A DNA stretch of 64,000 nucleotides from Styela clava (lineage: Eukaryota). This document shows positions 26,401 through 37,073 of this stretch, piece after piece; position 1 is the first letter of the stretch; every line of letters starts with the position of its first letter. Both the position numbers and the translations under genes were made by a program. The notes beneath the pieces were generated by a model. The model was not told where the DNA came from. It saw only the letters and a program-made list of their open reading frames with translations, and made no database searches. The DNA lies in the NCBI RefSeq assembly GCF_964204865.1, contig NC_135252.1:17112001-17176000 (forward strand). Reading direction: 5' to 3'.

Positions 26401-26654
26401 GGCGAGCTAAGAGATATTTGTTACTTACGAAAAATAACATATTGAAGACTACTAACGCATATCTTCCGCAACTTATCCATCCCTCTTGTCCCTGGGTAAG
26501 ATTTTCATTTTTTTCGAGCCATATAATGCTAAAAAAGAATTACTGCCGTTAGCTAACGCTAACCATATTCTAGTATATAGTACGAAACTCACCTTGCCGA
26601 ACCCTTTTTGTCCATCCTTCGAGACAATCCATTATTTTCATCCCCGTTATTCAT
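23468..26654 (-). CDS. Tetraspanin (6-cysteine large extracellular loop), 9 exons
   Basis: Approximate exons 26654-26593, 26528-26429 (CGRYALVVFNMLFF), 25902-25693 (LGCCAAV), 25244-25170, 25071-24964, 24846-24732 (LKCCG), 24342-24233 (WPDSCC..C..IYTK), 23863-23780 (GCRDK..ILLALIE) and 23584-23468; CCG, PxSCC and GC motifs are all present. Confidence 0.9.
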
Positions 26655-27308
26655 GATTGAATATAAACGGTAGAAAAGACGTAAGAACGATTGAACTTAG
26701 CCTAGCGCAGAAGTGCGCATACATGCAGGAGCACGACTCGTTTATTCAAGTATCTTCGAATACACGACGTCACAAGAGCACTTGTTTCATTTTGTCTGTG
26801 ATATAACAATCTGACAAGACACTTATAATATGCTGTCGCGCTTGACAAGCCGTAATCGTCATATTTCACGATTTCTATAGTCAAAAAGAAATAGATGTTT
26901 TAATTTTTTTGTATGTTGTTGGTATGAGTTTAAAACGGAGTTATAGGCAATTCAATTGATATCAGTTACTGCTATAGTTTTGACTTTTTGCTCGAAAGTG
27001 GTCAAAATCTAAAGTTGGGAACAGTATTACAAAGAAAGGCGACTACCTGAGATAAGATGAGGCGAAGTTAACTAGATTTCTTTAGCAACAGACCGAGCCT
27101 TACAATGTTTAATGGTCTGGTTATTTCGAATAAAATTAAAATAAAAATGTAGTTCAGAGCCGTAAATAATGTGATCCGCCATTCCGATCTGTTGGTACGC
27201 ATTTTTCTGATTATGCGGTACCAGATACTAGTCTCAATTTTATAGTTCTTAGACCGACAAAGGACCCAATAACCCTTTCTGCAGCACTAAGAACTATATA
27301 ATTGAGAC

Positions 27309-27418
27309 GGTACTCCTGAAGTATGCGCACCAAGATGTCGCATAACCTGAACCCTAACCTGGTACACAACCTGAGTTCAGGCTGTGCGCCATCTTGGTGC
27401 GCATACTTCAGGAGGTCC
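27309..27418. mobile_element. Short palindromic MITE related to families A/B
   Basis: TIRs ctcctgaagtatgcgcaccaagatg / catcttggtgcgcatacttcaggag around an aaccctaacc core. Confidence 0.8.
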
Positions 27419-27736
27419 CCTTTGTCTATCACGAGGCTATTTAGATAGCATACTTTGTCATACCTAGCAATGGTTGGCTTTTTTTTAATTTGAAACATCG
27501 ACCAAGCATTTTTATATTAGCTTTTGCGTTTTTTGAGAAAATTCGCACGAAGAGGGGTCACCCACACTTACTCGGAAAAAAGGAGAATCCCCCCGAGCAA
27601 AGTTACGGAACGACTAAGATGCCAAGAGCTTCTGCATAGATTCAATTTTTATTGCAAAATTACTAAAAATTGATGGCAATTAAAACATTAGTAACGGTAT
27701 TGAAGAATTGTCGATTGGTAAAAATGAAGACACTTT

Positions 27737-30700
27737 TTAAAGTCTTGCACGCGTGTCGTCATTTTCATGTTTCTTCGTGATCGCAGGTATCTTTTCCATC
27801 CAAAATTTCACGTTATTTGGTAACAAATTTTCTTTGGTTCTCATTTCATGGTCTAGTTCGATGTATTTTCCGGGAGTGGAATACATCGGCCAGTGAACAT
27901 CAACAGTCTCACCAACGTTTGGGTTTCTGAATGTGAATACCAGAATTTACAATTGAAAATTATTTCTAACTTGCAAGTTGTGGAGAAAGCACTGTGAGGC
28001 AAGTTTAAAGATAACAAGATACTATTTTGGTGCAAGCTGGTCTATTCTACGCACTCCAGAAATAATAACAATTATTTGGTCGGGTTCGGGCATCAATTTT
28101 CGGGCTCAGACTTCAAAGATCGATCTTCAAAACCTACAACCTTGAAGCTAGTATAAATATACTACACGTCATTCTTTGAACTACTCACCCCGTTTTTGCA
28201 AAATTTGTTATATATCTCATGCATTTTTTACTCAGTTCCTTCTCTTCCTCCGTAAATCTCGCGCCTCTACTTATTCCACCAGGAACTAGCGGCGCTCCCC
28301 ACATCATGTAAATGTCGTCAGAGTGATCGCAAAAACACCAATCTGGTTTTTGTGCAACATTTGGCCCATATTCAGTATCATGATTAAATTTCACTTGATA
28401 CGTTGCGTAGTAGAAATAGACTGGACAACCCGCTTCTGTTGAAAGTATCAAAAATATTTCAGATAAGGTGAACAGTGATTGCGAACTTAACCGAGTGGTA
28501 CTCTGCCGTGAATAGACTCGAAGCGGCGGTAAACCAAGTAAACAAAATTTGTACTCCCGTGGTATATGCACCAGGTTAGGGTAATTAAATTTCCAATTTT
28601 CCTTATTTTAGTTCTATTACGAGTTCAGGGACTGTCTGTGTTGGCCAAGTGAATATACCCCCTGCCCATAGGTTTCAGTCCCTTTACACAACTTGATGTA
28701 AGTAGGCGAACAAAATTAGTTACCTCCATATTGGTACACATACTTCTGGAGCGCCAATGTTTCTGCAAATGGCAGTAACTATTTTATTTAAACATGCACG
28801 ATAGTCTTTTAAATCAAAGGATGCCGACGACAGATATGCACAAAAATATCAATCACAGTCAGTTTCATAAATTGACACAATTTCATAATTAGAGTACTTG
28901 AGTATAGTATGTGAAAAGTTTGGTGTGAATAGGGTGTGCTTGATATAAACAAAATAGAAATTAAATAACGTAGAACCTAATATGCTATAGTTAATATTAA
29001 TTTATAGATAGTCAATTCATAAACATGTAATAAAATACTAAGAGAAATTTACGGATATTTCATTTTTTTGTTTGTACAGAAGAATTACTGAACTAGGGCT
29101 TAAACTTTTTGCGGATGTGTTTGTTGATAACGCAGAATGATGTGCAATATTTTTCAAGTTGTCATTTAACGTTTTATTCATTTAACGCCGACTGCTATTT
29201 CCAGTAAAATCAAACTGATGGAAAAAAAACGTTACTCTATGCTGGACTAATTTTTTTAACACAATTGTGTCAATTACCTGTGTGGGCTTTCGCCGTAGTC
29301 ACTGCTGGCGCAACAAACATCGAGTCGGTGTAAATATCACCATACACTTTACTGTATCGAAATTTATCGTTTGGATCTTTTTCATAGAAATCAATGCACG
29401 CATCTTGGCATTCCTCCAAAGACGAAGGCTGAAAATTACAGAATATTAGTCGAGAAAAGATGAGGATTTTTGTTTGGTATTAGACTGCCGCTACTAACCA
29501 GTTGACAATGTGCGATTAAGGAAAAAGGAAAGGGTAATCATGCCACCAAAGAGTGTGAGGATAGCAAACGACGGGATATTAGGTGTGCTATATTCCATCA
29601 GATTTTATTTAAGTTTGAACTGAACAGTTTCAGGCAGCCCATCATAACCCAAACACTTTTTTATGATACAATGCCACAAAGGAAACTCATAAAAAAATGA
29701 GTGGAAATGTAGACATTGTGACTTAACGTTTTCATCAGTGTTTTACGAGATACAATATTAGTCGAAGCTTCATTATATAAACAATGAATGTATCTTATAA
29801 ATAAAAGATATATATCGTTTACTTGCTTTGTGCCAAAACTTAGACAATACGGAAACCCGTTGCCTTTTTATATCTTTGCGCAAATATTGGCCAGATAGAC
29901 GCCATTTACCGATATGTTGAATTGGACACGCATACGCCGGTATGTTTATAATATATAATCACACAATTTAACGGCATTTAATAAATGGGCGTGCAATAAT
30001 AACGTTTTATCGCTACGTACCATAAATAACGTCACAATTGACCTACTTACGCTCATTCTTGGCAAGAAGTTTGTCAACATAACCTTCGCGGCTTGTTTTG
30101 TCATTCCCTCGACAAACCCAGGCACTCGAGCTAACAAAGTAAGCATGCCTTGTCCTTCAGAATTATTACATCCAATAATGTATGGCAGTTTATTAGCCGG
30201 TCCATACGCCAGCGATTTCAAAGGGTCTTCATGTACAAAAACCCCATCTATTGTGGGATTAAAAGCCATAAATCTCTGAAACAAATACACAAATGTTAAA
30301 CTTCATTACAAGTACGTCATTCGACTTTTGTATTAAATGCCTAATCCAACTTTACCATCCTCATGTTGAAGTCCGCTTTTACTAGTTTTTCCGCTGGTAT
30401 ATTCTGCAGTTTGTTTAAACGTTCCATCGGATCAGTTTCATTGATGTCTAAAATCTCCAGAAGATTTTCTCGCGCCCTGGTCAGATCACGTTTGAATATT
30501 TCTGAATATGAGTGAAACTATTTTTTAATTTTCCTTTGGTGCGGGGGCATGACCCGAGATAGATGAAAATGCGCACTTATATGATAACTTCGACAGCGGA
30601 GTACGTCTGTAGAGCGAAGATATTGTTAGATATATATCTAACGCTACGTTTATCTGGCTTTGCTTGGAGCAAATAGCACGAGTGAGCGTCTTATTACTTA

Positions 30701-33121
30701 TTGATCTCGATCGGAAAGTATGTTGATAGGTATTTGTTTATCTGTTAGACACTTTCGTATGTTACGCGATATCTCACGAAAGCGAGGTTGCATCTGCTCC
30801 AAATTTCGCATGTGCATTCATCATATCTCGGCCTGTTGATTTTAGATGAATTATGTCGTATAATTAGCGAGTTATTACTTGATTAGTGATAGGACACGCG
30901 GTTAGAAGTTTTACATACTTGCTAATGTGGATTGACCGCTATGGCTTATTGCCTTGTGAAACAGACCACTTGACATTGATGAATTTACGTGGTGATTGAC
31001 GGAGCACCCTCCAGCACTTTCTCCAAATATTGTCACATTGTTTTTGTCGCCTCCAAAAGCTTCAATATTATTCTGTACCCACCTGAAATGCCGCACATTT
31101 ATTTTAGTTTTTGTTTTTCAGTTTATTGCCAAGCCTGAAGTTAATAAGTTCGTACAACAAGCACAGTGAAAAAATATAATAAGTATCATAAACAAACAAA
31201 AGTACAATAACTCACTGCAGTGCCATTCTCTGATCCAGTAGTCCAGCGTTTCCAGTACACGGTGAATTCCTACCCAAGGAAAAGAATCCGAAAACTCCGA
31301 CTCTGTAATTGGGAATAACAACAACCACATCATGAAGAGCAGAGAGCACTGTTCCGTCGAACATATCTGCAAATCCCATTTGGAAAGCTCCACCATAAAA
31401 CCATACCATAACCTAAAAATATTATTAAGTAGTTCAGTAATCAGTAGTTTATTTTTTCACAACACATGAAATACACTAAATGCATACGGAATGTAAAAGG
31501 AAGCAAAAACGGATAATTGGAGGTGAAAGGAGTCGCGAAAACCAAAATTGGTTATCGAGCAGCGACACCTGAGCTAAAGTCTAATAAATGAATCATAAGA
31601 TTCATTTCAATTTCTATAGTGCTGACTGAACTCTATAGATTCTTTTATCGGCGCTCCAGAAGTATGTGTACCAATTTTACATCAAGTCGTGTAAAGAGAA
31701 ACCTATAGGCAGGGGGGTATATTAACTTTGCTAACACAGACAGTCTCCGAAATCGTGGTAGGCTAGAACTAAAATACGTAAAATCGGAATAAAATTATAC
31801 TCTAAGCTTATACTCTAAATTATACTCTATTAGCCTGGTACGCATACTACGGGAGTAGTTATTATATTATTTTGTTAGTTGTCTAATTTTGACTACCCTT
31901 TTATCCATATAAAATATATAGTTACACGAAACTTACCGGGTGCTTACCATCTTGAAAATCTACAGGCGTATAAATTGAAAGACGAAGACAATCTTCTGTC
32001 AATCTTTCTTCCATTTTACCGATTCCATCAAACAGACTTGGAGTGTAATATTGCATCTCTTCAGTTTCAAATGCAGTTTGCATAGGGATGTTGGTCCTCA
32101 TTGTGCAATCTTGTATTCCGCTCCATGGCAGTGCTCTAATAGGTAATTTTTAGAATCGATGGAAATTACTCGCATTGAGCGATTTGACCAAAAATGTCCA
32201 ATGGTTTGACTCAACGTTGTCCCATCGTATAGTTTTATTGGGTTATCAAGTACTTGGGTATAGTTTACTCCACTCGAACCTTAGTACAATTCATTAGGAC
32301 AAAAGGAAAGAGATCTCAAAAACATTTTAGGTCGGCGCTAGATTCCTATACACCAGCGGTTCCCAAACGGTGCGAGTTGCCAAGTGCACCGCGAAAATCA
32401 ACAGAATTGTATTAAACATAACTAAAATATGATAGAAAATTTTACATATTGTGTTTATTATAAATTACTTCATTTTTTTCTTAATACTGTGTATTTGAAT
32501 CAATAAATTCATTTCAAATTTCTATGCGTTTTACTTTCTGTTACGCAGTATCTTCCTCTATTGTTACGTAACAATAGAGATAGACACTACTTGCTGTATC
32601 TGCTGAACTGAGTTTAGCGAACATGAGTGATTTTCTAGCATTTAGCATAGCAAAATCAGGCAGTGATGAGGAAAAATTTTGACTTTTTGCCTTTATTTCT
32701 TACATGCCTACATGTTTACAAACTTTAAAAATCATAAAGTACAAGACATTAACTATCGCAAAATTTAGTTTTATTAAAAAGCGGCATTTTTTCGTGTAAG
32801 TGCGCCCTGGGCTTTTTCTGATGATTTGGCGCCGCGCGAACAAAAAGTTTGGTAACCGCTGCCATACACTATACCAAATTGGTATTCTTTAGTTGTCGGG
32901 AACGAAAATGTCATTTCATTCAACCTCTGCAATATCTCGAATACGTCATAACATACTTGTTAGTGTGCTACTTACTTTTCCGGGGGCATAAAGCGGCGTT
33001 TTCCTGTAGGTGGTCTTCCATATGGAAGATTTCGATATGAAAAGATAGCTTTGGATGTAAATATCTTGCTTGCAGAACCGCGAACTTTGCCAGCTTCAGT
33101 ATCAACGACAGGGCAATCCAT
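27737..33121 (-). CDS. Type-B carboxylesterase (alpha/beta hydrolase), about 9 exons; possible upstream start at 33214
   Basis: [28 protein letters not shown]; EDCLRL; VWFYGGAF; NYRVGVFGF; [12 protein letters not shown]|[22 protein letters not shown] (catalytic Ser); GCNNSEG (Glu); CDHSDD (His); NFAKTG|NPN; ends ..DDTRARL*. Approximate exons 33121-32976, 32136-31938, 31412-31216, 31083-30916, 30501-30356, 30275-30051, 29428-29278, 28436-28189, 27927-27737. Confidence 0.95.
28550..28755 (+). mobile_element. MITE family A, copy 3
   Basis: Similar to 4397-4610; lies in a carboxylesterase intron. Confidence 0.85.
30694..30900 (+). mobile_element. Helentron-associated element (HINE/DINE-1-like), truncated copy
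   Basis: Same orientation and sequence as 63020-63317 (aagtatgttgataggtatttgttt..cgcgatatctcacgaaagcgagg). Confidence 0.75.
31650..31859 (-). mobile_element. MITE family A, copy 4
   Basis: Reverse complement of 4397-4610 with small indels. Confidence 0.8.
32354..32861. mobile_element. hAT-type non-autonomous element
   Basis: TIRs cagcggttcccaaac / gtttggtaaccgctg; 8-bp TSD ctatacac/ccatacac; second copy at 7342-7780. Confidence 0.85.
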
Positions 33122-34132
33122 TCTTACCGCACTCGAATGCCAGCGAATTTTCGACAACACATCGACGGCTAGTAAACAACGACCGCGGTTTATGTACAAA
33201 GTTGCTAGTCTCATATTCTGCGGAATCAGCACAAACGGCATCTTTGTAAGCATATAATGCCGCACTGAGTTTACTTGGTATTTATGGTTTCGTCAGAGAA
33301 TTAGCAAATAGAAATTGGTGAAATATTAACTTTTGTCGCGGATGCAGACATGGAGGAAAGCTAGGTACCGTACACAGTAAACACAAATACCGTTTCTGTC
33401 AAAAAATATACAGCTTAGATATTTTAGTATGTTTTCAGAATAAAATTTCCGACAGCTTCAGAGTCGTATCATTTAAATTGTATGCATTATTTATGTGTAG
33501 ACAACTTTGTCAACGAGTTCGCATTCTGCTAATTGCCATAACTTGATCATTGGCGATCCTAACCGCACAACGCAGGTTTCGAAATGAACATCCCATCAAT
33601 GTTAGCCGATCATAATTTTGTCGTAAATGCGTCTGTGAATTTACAAGTGTGAAGAGAAATCGTATTCGGGCTTTATTTCATTAATATCAATTCGATTTAG
33701 TTTATCTCATCTTTCAAAGACGAATCTGCAACTGTTCGTAATATTCTGTAATAAGTGTCATTTTAGAGAATTGTAAATTGCAATGAGTTTTGTTCCGGCG
33801 ATTACTTCACAGAATTACAAAGACAGTAATACAATTTTGTTGATCATCGTTTACAAACATATCGCGCTGAGAATGCTTAATCTAATGTATAAAATGGTAG
33901 ACATAACTTAGTCCTACTACAACCTGAGGTCTACCACAATATGTCGTTTACCCGTGTGCAGATTCAGATCCTTCCTCGGCCTTGTTAACATCGATTAAGG
34001 GCAATTCAGAATGTTAAAGAAGTAGTTTTTCACTCTCACTTTAGTACAAGCTTGGGGTAGAATTTACGCTATAATCTTGTTCTCTATTTTCACGTATTTG
34101 TAGCTATTTATTAGTTTATTCGTCGTAAAACA

Positions 34133-35350
34133 ATGGTTGATAATAGTGCTTTTGATCGCGACAATGCTGTAAATAAGTTTCGAGACTATTTAAGAATAAA
34201 GTCTGTCCATCCGGATCCCGATTACGCATCTGCGGTTGACTTTTTGGTGGAATATGCGAAAGAATTACAGTTAGAATTCAAGCGCGTTGAGGTTGGAAAA
34301 AATCGGAAAATTATCGTAATTATGACACTACCAGGAAATAATCCGAATCTGTCTTCCATTCTTCTGAATTCCCATATGGACGTAGTCCCGGTGTTTTTGG
34401 AAAATTGGAAGTGTGATCCTTGGGCTGCAATAAAAGATGATAATGGCGATATTTACGGCAGGGGTGCTCAAGATATGAAAAGCGTCGGTATACAGTATTT
34501 AGAGGCAATTAGAATTTTGACCAAAATCAACAAAATGTCATTTGAACGAACAATTCATCTCACATTTGTTCCAGACGAAGAAATTGGTGGCGGACAGGGG
34601 ATGGGTATGTTTTTGGACACTCCAGAATTTGAAGCGATGAACGTTGGATTAGCATTAGACGAAGGACTTGCAAATCCTGGCAGCAATTACTCCGTTTATT
34701 ACGGAGAACGAAGCCCGTGGTGGACTCGTGTTATATGTAGAGGAAATCCTGGACACGGATCCAGATTTATACAAAATACAGCTGCAGAAAAGTTGCAGAA
34801 AGTGATGGATAGTTTCTTGGAATTTCGTAAAACCGAGGAGAAACGACTGAATTGTACCACTTGCATGTGCCTTGGTGACGTCACATCAGTAAATCTAACA
34901 ATGCTCCAGGGAGGTGTACAACCTAATGTCGTTCCAGAAGAATTCGCTGCTACTTTTGACATACGTATTCCGCCGACCGTAGACTTGAAAGATTTTGAAA
35001 ATAAAATTTCAAAATGGTGTGAACAAGCTGGGAAAGACGTAACATTTGAATTTTTACAGAAAAGTACGATTCAGTCAATAACAAAAGCCGATGATTCAAA
35101 TCCGTGGTGGAAAGCATTCACCTCAACTTTAAAAAAGAGAGGAGTTGAGGTTACGAAGGAAATATTTTCCGGAGCTACTGATGGCCGTTATCTGAGAGAA
35201 CGAGGATATCCAGTAATTGGATTTAGTCCGATGCGGAATACGCCGGTGTTGCTTCATGACAACAACGAATTTCTCAACGAGAATGTGCTCATTGAAGGAA
35301 TAGATGTATATTGTGACATCATTCCAGCGATTGCGAATTTGAAATTCTAA
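34133..35350 (+). CDS. ACY1: Aminoacylase-1 (M20A family), intronless CDS, paralog a
   Basis: 405 aa; LNSHMDVVP, GRGAQDMK, PDEEIGG, ALDEG, GNPGHGSRF, NVVP, GATDGRY, LLHDNNE zinc-binding and catalytic motifs. Confidence 0.96.
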   Translation: MVDNSAFDRDNAVNKFRDYLRIKSVHPDPDYASAVDFLVEYAKELQLEFKRVEVGKNRKIIVIMTLPGNNPNLSSILLNSHMDVVPVFLENWKCDPWAAIKDDNGDIYGRGAQDMKSVGIQYLEAIRILTKINKMSFERTIHLTFVPDEEIGGGQGMGMFLDTPEFEAMNVGLALDEGLANPGSNYSVYYGERSPWWTRVICRGNPGHGSRFIQNTAAEKLQKVMDSFLEFRKTEEKRLNCTTCMCLGDVTSVNLTMLQGGVQPNVVPEEFAATFDIRIPPTVDLKDFENKISKWCEQAGKDVTFEFLQKSTIQSITKADDSNPWWKAFTSTLKKRGVEVTKEIFSGATDGRYLRERGYPVIGFSPMRNTPVLLHDNNEFLNENVLIEGIDVYCDIIPAIANLKF

Positions 35351-35855
35351 TGTTGGTTAGAAATATTTGCCAATTTTTCGAGACAATCTATCTGAAGATT
35401 TGCAAGTGCATTTCATCCATCATTTCATAAAATGTAACGATTAACAATCTTGTTTTTTGAATATTTCGATTTATTGTTAATACCTCCTCAATTTTCCTTT
35501 ACTCCATCTTTTATTTAAAAACTCATGTCCACCGCATCAATCAGTGTTTAACATTTCAGCCAAGGACAAACTGGAAATTTTATAAGACAAAGTAATGTCT
35601 TACGGATCGGCTGTTGCTTGTCTGAATTCTTATTCACAGGGAAAGTGTGAAAATACCCATGCAAAGTTAGCAAATGAATTGCTCTGTGTATTTGTACAAA
35701 TGTTTTATGGTCGCTACATATTTCCGATTGTATTTTGCTGTCTGTCTGTAGCAGTTTTGCTGTGGTCAGTCATAGAAAACACCAAGATGAGAATACATTT
35801 GTTTCATTCTTAAAATTCTGTTTATACAGAAACGACGTTTAATTATTACTATATA

Positions 35856-37073
35856 ATGCATTGTGGTGAATTTGACAAAGATTTAGCTGTTCAAAAATTT
35901 CAAGAATATTTGAAAATAAAGTCTGTTCATCCTGATCCCGATTATGCTTCAGCTGTGACGTTCTTGGAAAGATATGCGAAGGAGTTGCGACTAGATGTAA
36001 AGCGAATTGAGGTTGGAGCTAATCGCAGGGAAATAATCGTTATGACGATACCAGGAAAGGATCCTAGTCTTCCTTCCATTTTGCTAAATTCTCATACTGA
36101 TGTTGTACCGGTATTTCTTGAACACTGGAAGTACGATCCATGGGCGGCTGTGAAAGATGACAAAAGAGATATATATGGACGTGGCGCACAAGATATGAAA
36201 TGTGTTGGCATACAATATTTGGAGGCAATCAGAGTGTTGAAGGTTATTAGAAAGGAATCTTTCCAAAGAACAATACACATTTCATTTGTACCTGATGAGG
36301 AAATCAATGGCGGCCAATTGGGAATGAAACTATTTTTGGACACGGCAGAATTCAAAGCTTTGAATATTGGTTTTGCCTTGGACGAAGGACTAGCGAACCC
36401 GGACAATAAATATTCCGTCTTCTATGGAGAAAGGAGTCCGTGGTGGGTGCGGGTCAAATGTCACGGAAACCCTGGTCACGGTTCTAGATTTATTTCGAAC
36501 ACCGCCGCGGAAAAGGTACAAAAAGTCATCAATTCGTTTTTATCTTTCAGAAGCTCGGAAGAATCTCGTTTAAATGGCGATTCGTGCATGTTTCTCGGGG
36601 ATGTGACTTCGGTAAATCTCACTATGCTAGAAGGTGGTGTGCAACCAAACGTCGTGCCTGAAGAGTTTATAGCAACTTTCGATATTAGGATTCCCCCTTC
36701 GGTTGACTTGAATGCATTTGAAGATAAAATTACGAGTTGGTGTAAAGAGGCTGGTGATGACGTCACCTTCGAATTTTTGAGTAAAAACAAGAACCAGAAA
36801 ACTACCAGTACAAAAGAGGATAACCCATGGTGGGCTGCGTTTGCCGGAGTACTACAACGTAGAGGTGTTGGAATAGTAAAAGAAATATTTCCTGCAGCTA
36901 CCGACGGTCGTTTTCTACGAGAAATTGGCTACCCAGTGATTGGTTTCAGTCCAATGCGGAATACTCCAATATTGCTACACGATAACAACGAGTTTCTTAA
37001 TGAAGAAATATTCTTGGAGGGAATTGAGGTGTACTGTGAATTGTTGCCTGCTCTTGCTAATTTGAAAATGTAA
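35856..37073 (+). CDS. ACY1: Aminoacylase-1 (M20A family), intronless CDS, paralog b
   Basis: 405 aa, collinear with 34133-35350; LNSHTDVVP, GRGAQDMK, PDEEINGG, AATDGRF, LLHDNNE. Confidence 0.96.
   Translation: MHCGEFDKDLAVQKFQEYLKIKSVHPDPDYASAVTFLERYAKELRLDVKRIEVGANRREIIVMTIPGKDPSLPSILLNSHTDVVPVFLEHWKYDPWAAVKDDKRDIYGRGAQDMKCVGIQYLEAIRVLKVIRKESFQRTIHISFVPDEEINGGQLGMKLFLDTAEFKALNIGFALDEGLANPDNKYSVFYGERSPWWVRVKCHGNPGHGSRFISNTAAEKVQKVINSFLSFRSSEESRLNGDSCMFLGDVTSVNLTMLEGGVQPNVVPEEFIATFDIRIPPSVDLNAFEDKITSWCKEAGDDVTFEFLSKNKNQKTTSTKEDNPWWAAFAGVLQRRGVGIVKEIFPAATDGRFLREIGYPVIGFSPMRNTPILLHDNNEFLNEEIFLEGIEVYCELLPALANLKM

Noticed and set aside
34320-36790. Antisense ORFs overlapping the ACY1 genes
   Set aside because: They are shadows of the sense coding sequence and are duplicated only because the genes are paralogs.
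35339-37073. ACY1 C-termini LKF*/LKM* as peroxisomal signals
   Set aside because: Leu at the -3 position is not canonical for PTS1.
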